A stretch of 64,000 nucleotides of DNA. It comes from Felis catus (Eukaryota). Position 1 is the stretch's first letter. Every line of letters starts with the position of its first letter. The stretch is taken from NCBI RefSeq assembly GCF_018350175.1, contig NC_058368.1:1984001-2048000 (forward strand). The letters are read 5' to 3'. A model generated the notes under the pieces. That model was not told the origin of the DNA. It did no database searches and worked only from the letters and a program-made list of their open reading frames with translations. Position numbers and translations under genes: made by a program. Shown one piece after another: positions 63,570 through 64,000 of this stretch.

Positions 63570-64000
63570 AGGTCGACGTCTGGCGCTTTCCGGAGGACGC
63601 CTCGTCCGAGCGAAACACGCTACGAGGCCGGGTGGTGTTTGTCCTCTTCCAGCCCCGACGAGTCCCGAGTAGGCGAGGCCTCTGTGCGGCCGGCCCAGGG
63701 GGAACCGCCTCGGCAAAGCGGCCCGGCTGCACCCACGGCGCGTGCGCAAACTCGCCCCGCGCACACGGCCCCGGGCACCGGGACGCCCGGCGGACGCGGC
63801 CCCCAGAGGCCAAGTGCAACGACAGCGTGACCACCTGGCCGCACAACGCTAGGCATCGAGCCCCCCGCGTAACTATGGAGGTCCGAGTAGGCCCAGCTGG
63901 AGCCCAGGAGGAAGACTCAAGCCGCTGCAGGAGGGCTCTGAGCTGAACCGTACCGCCAGGTGCCCGGATCCAGGCAGGGGAAGGTGGAAGCCGGTGTCAG
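63570..64000. promoter_or_regulatory. Intronic CpG island, truncated by the window end
   Basis: Abrupt rise in GC and CpG (cggcgcgtgcgc, cgccccgcgc, gacgcccggcggacgcgg); no recognisable repeat. Confidence 0.6.

Overview
This window is mammalian genomic DNA from a felid, most likely domestic cat, judged from the abundant feline-type CAN-SINEs and carnivore L1 3' ends. It holds the 3' part of LATS2 (Hippo pathway Ser/Thr kinase) on the minus strand. Six coding exons (19324-19456, 16806-18253, 15178-15760, 13718-13900, 11849-11955, 8429-8923) have GT-AG boundaries and consistent phases and join into 982 codons plus a stop. A ~1.85 kb 3'UTR ends near an ATTAAA at 6599-6604. The ATG-bearing exon is not in the window, so 19457-64000 is read as one long intron. 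The rest is repeats: about 37 CAN-SINEs, old and young L1 fragments, MaLR LTRs, MER3/MER33, L2/MIR remnants and microsatellites. I found no evidence of a new protein-coding gene or a new multi-gene system; almost all other ORFs in the track are repeat-derived or GC-content artefacts. The most interesting signals are retrotransposition footprints: an apparent L1 3' transduction (48160-49207), a tailless retrocopy of the 5' half of tRNA-Ile(TAT) with a target-site duplication (TSD) (34338-34397), a nested SINE, and a SINE tail expanded into ~440 bp of purine repeat. Two LATS2 splice acceptors are also atypical. Repeat subfamily names and comparisons to human sequence come from memory and were not computed.
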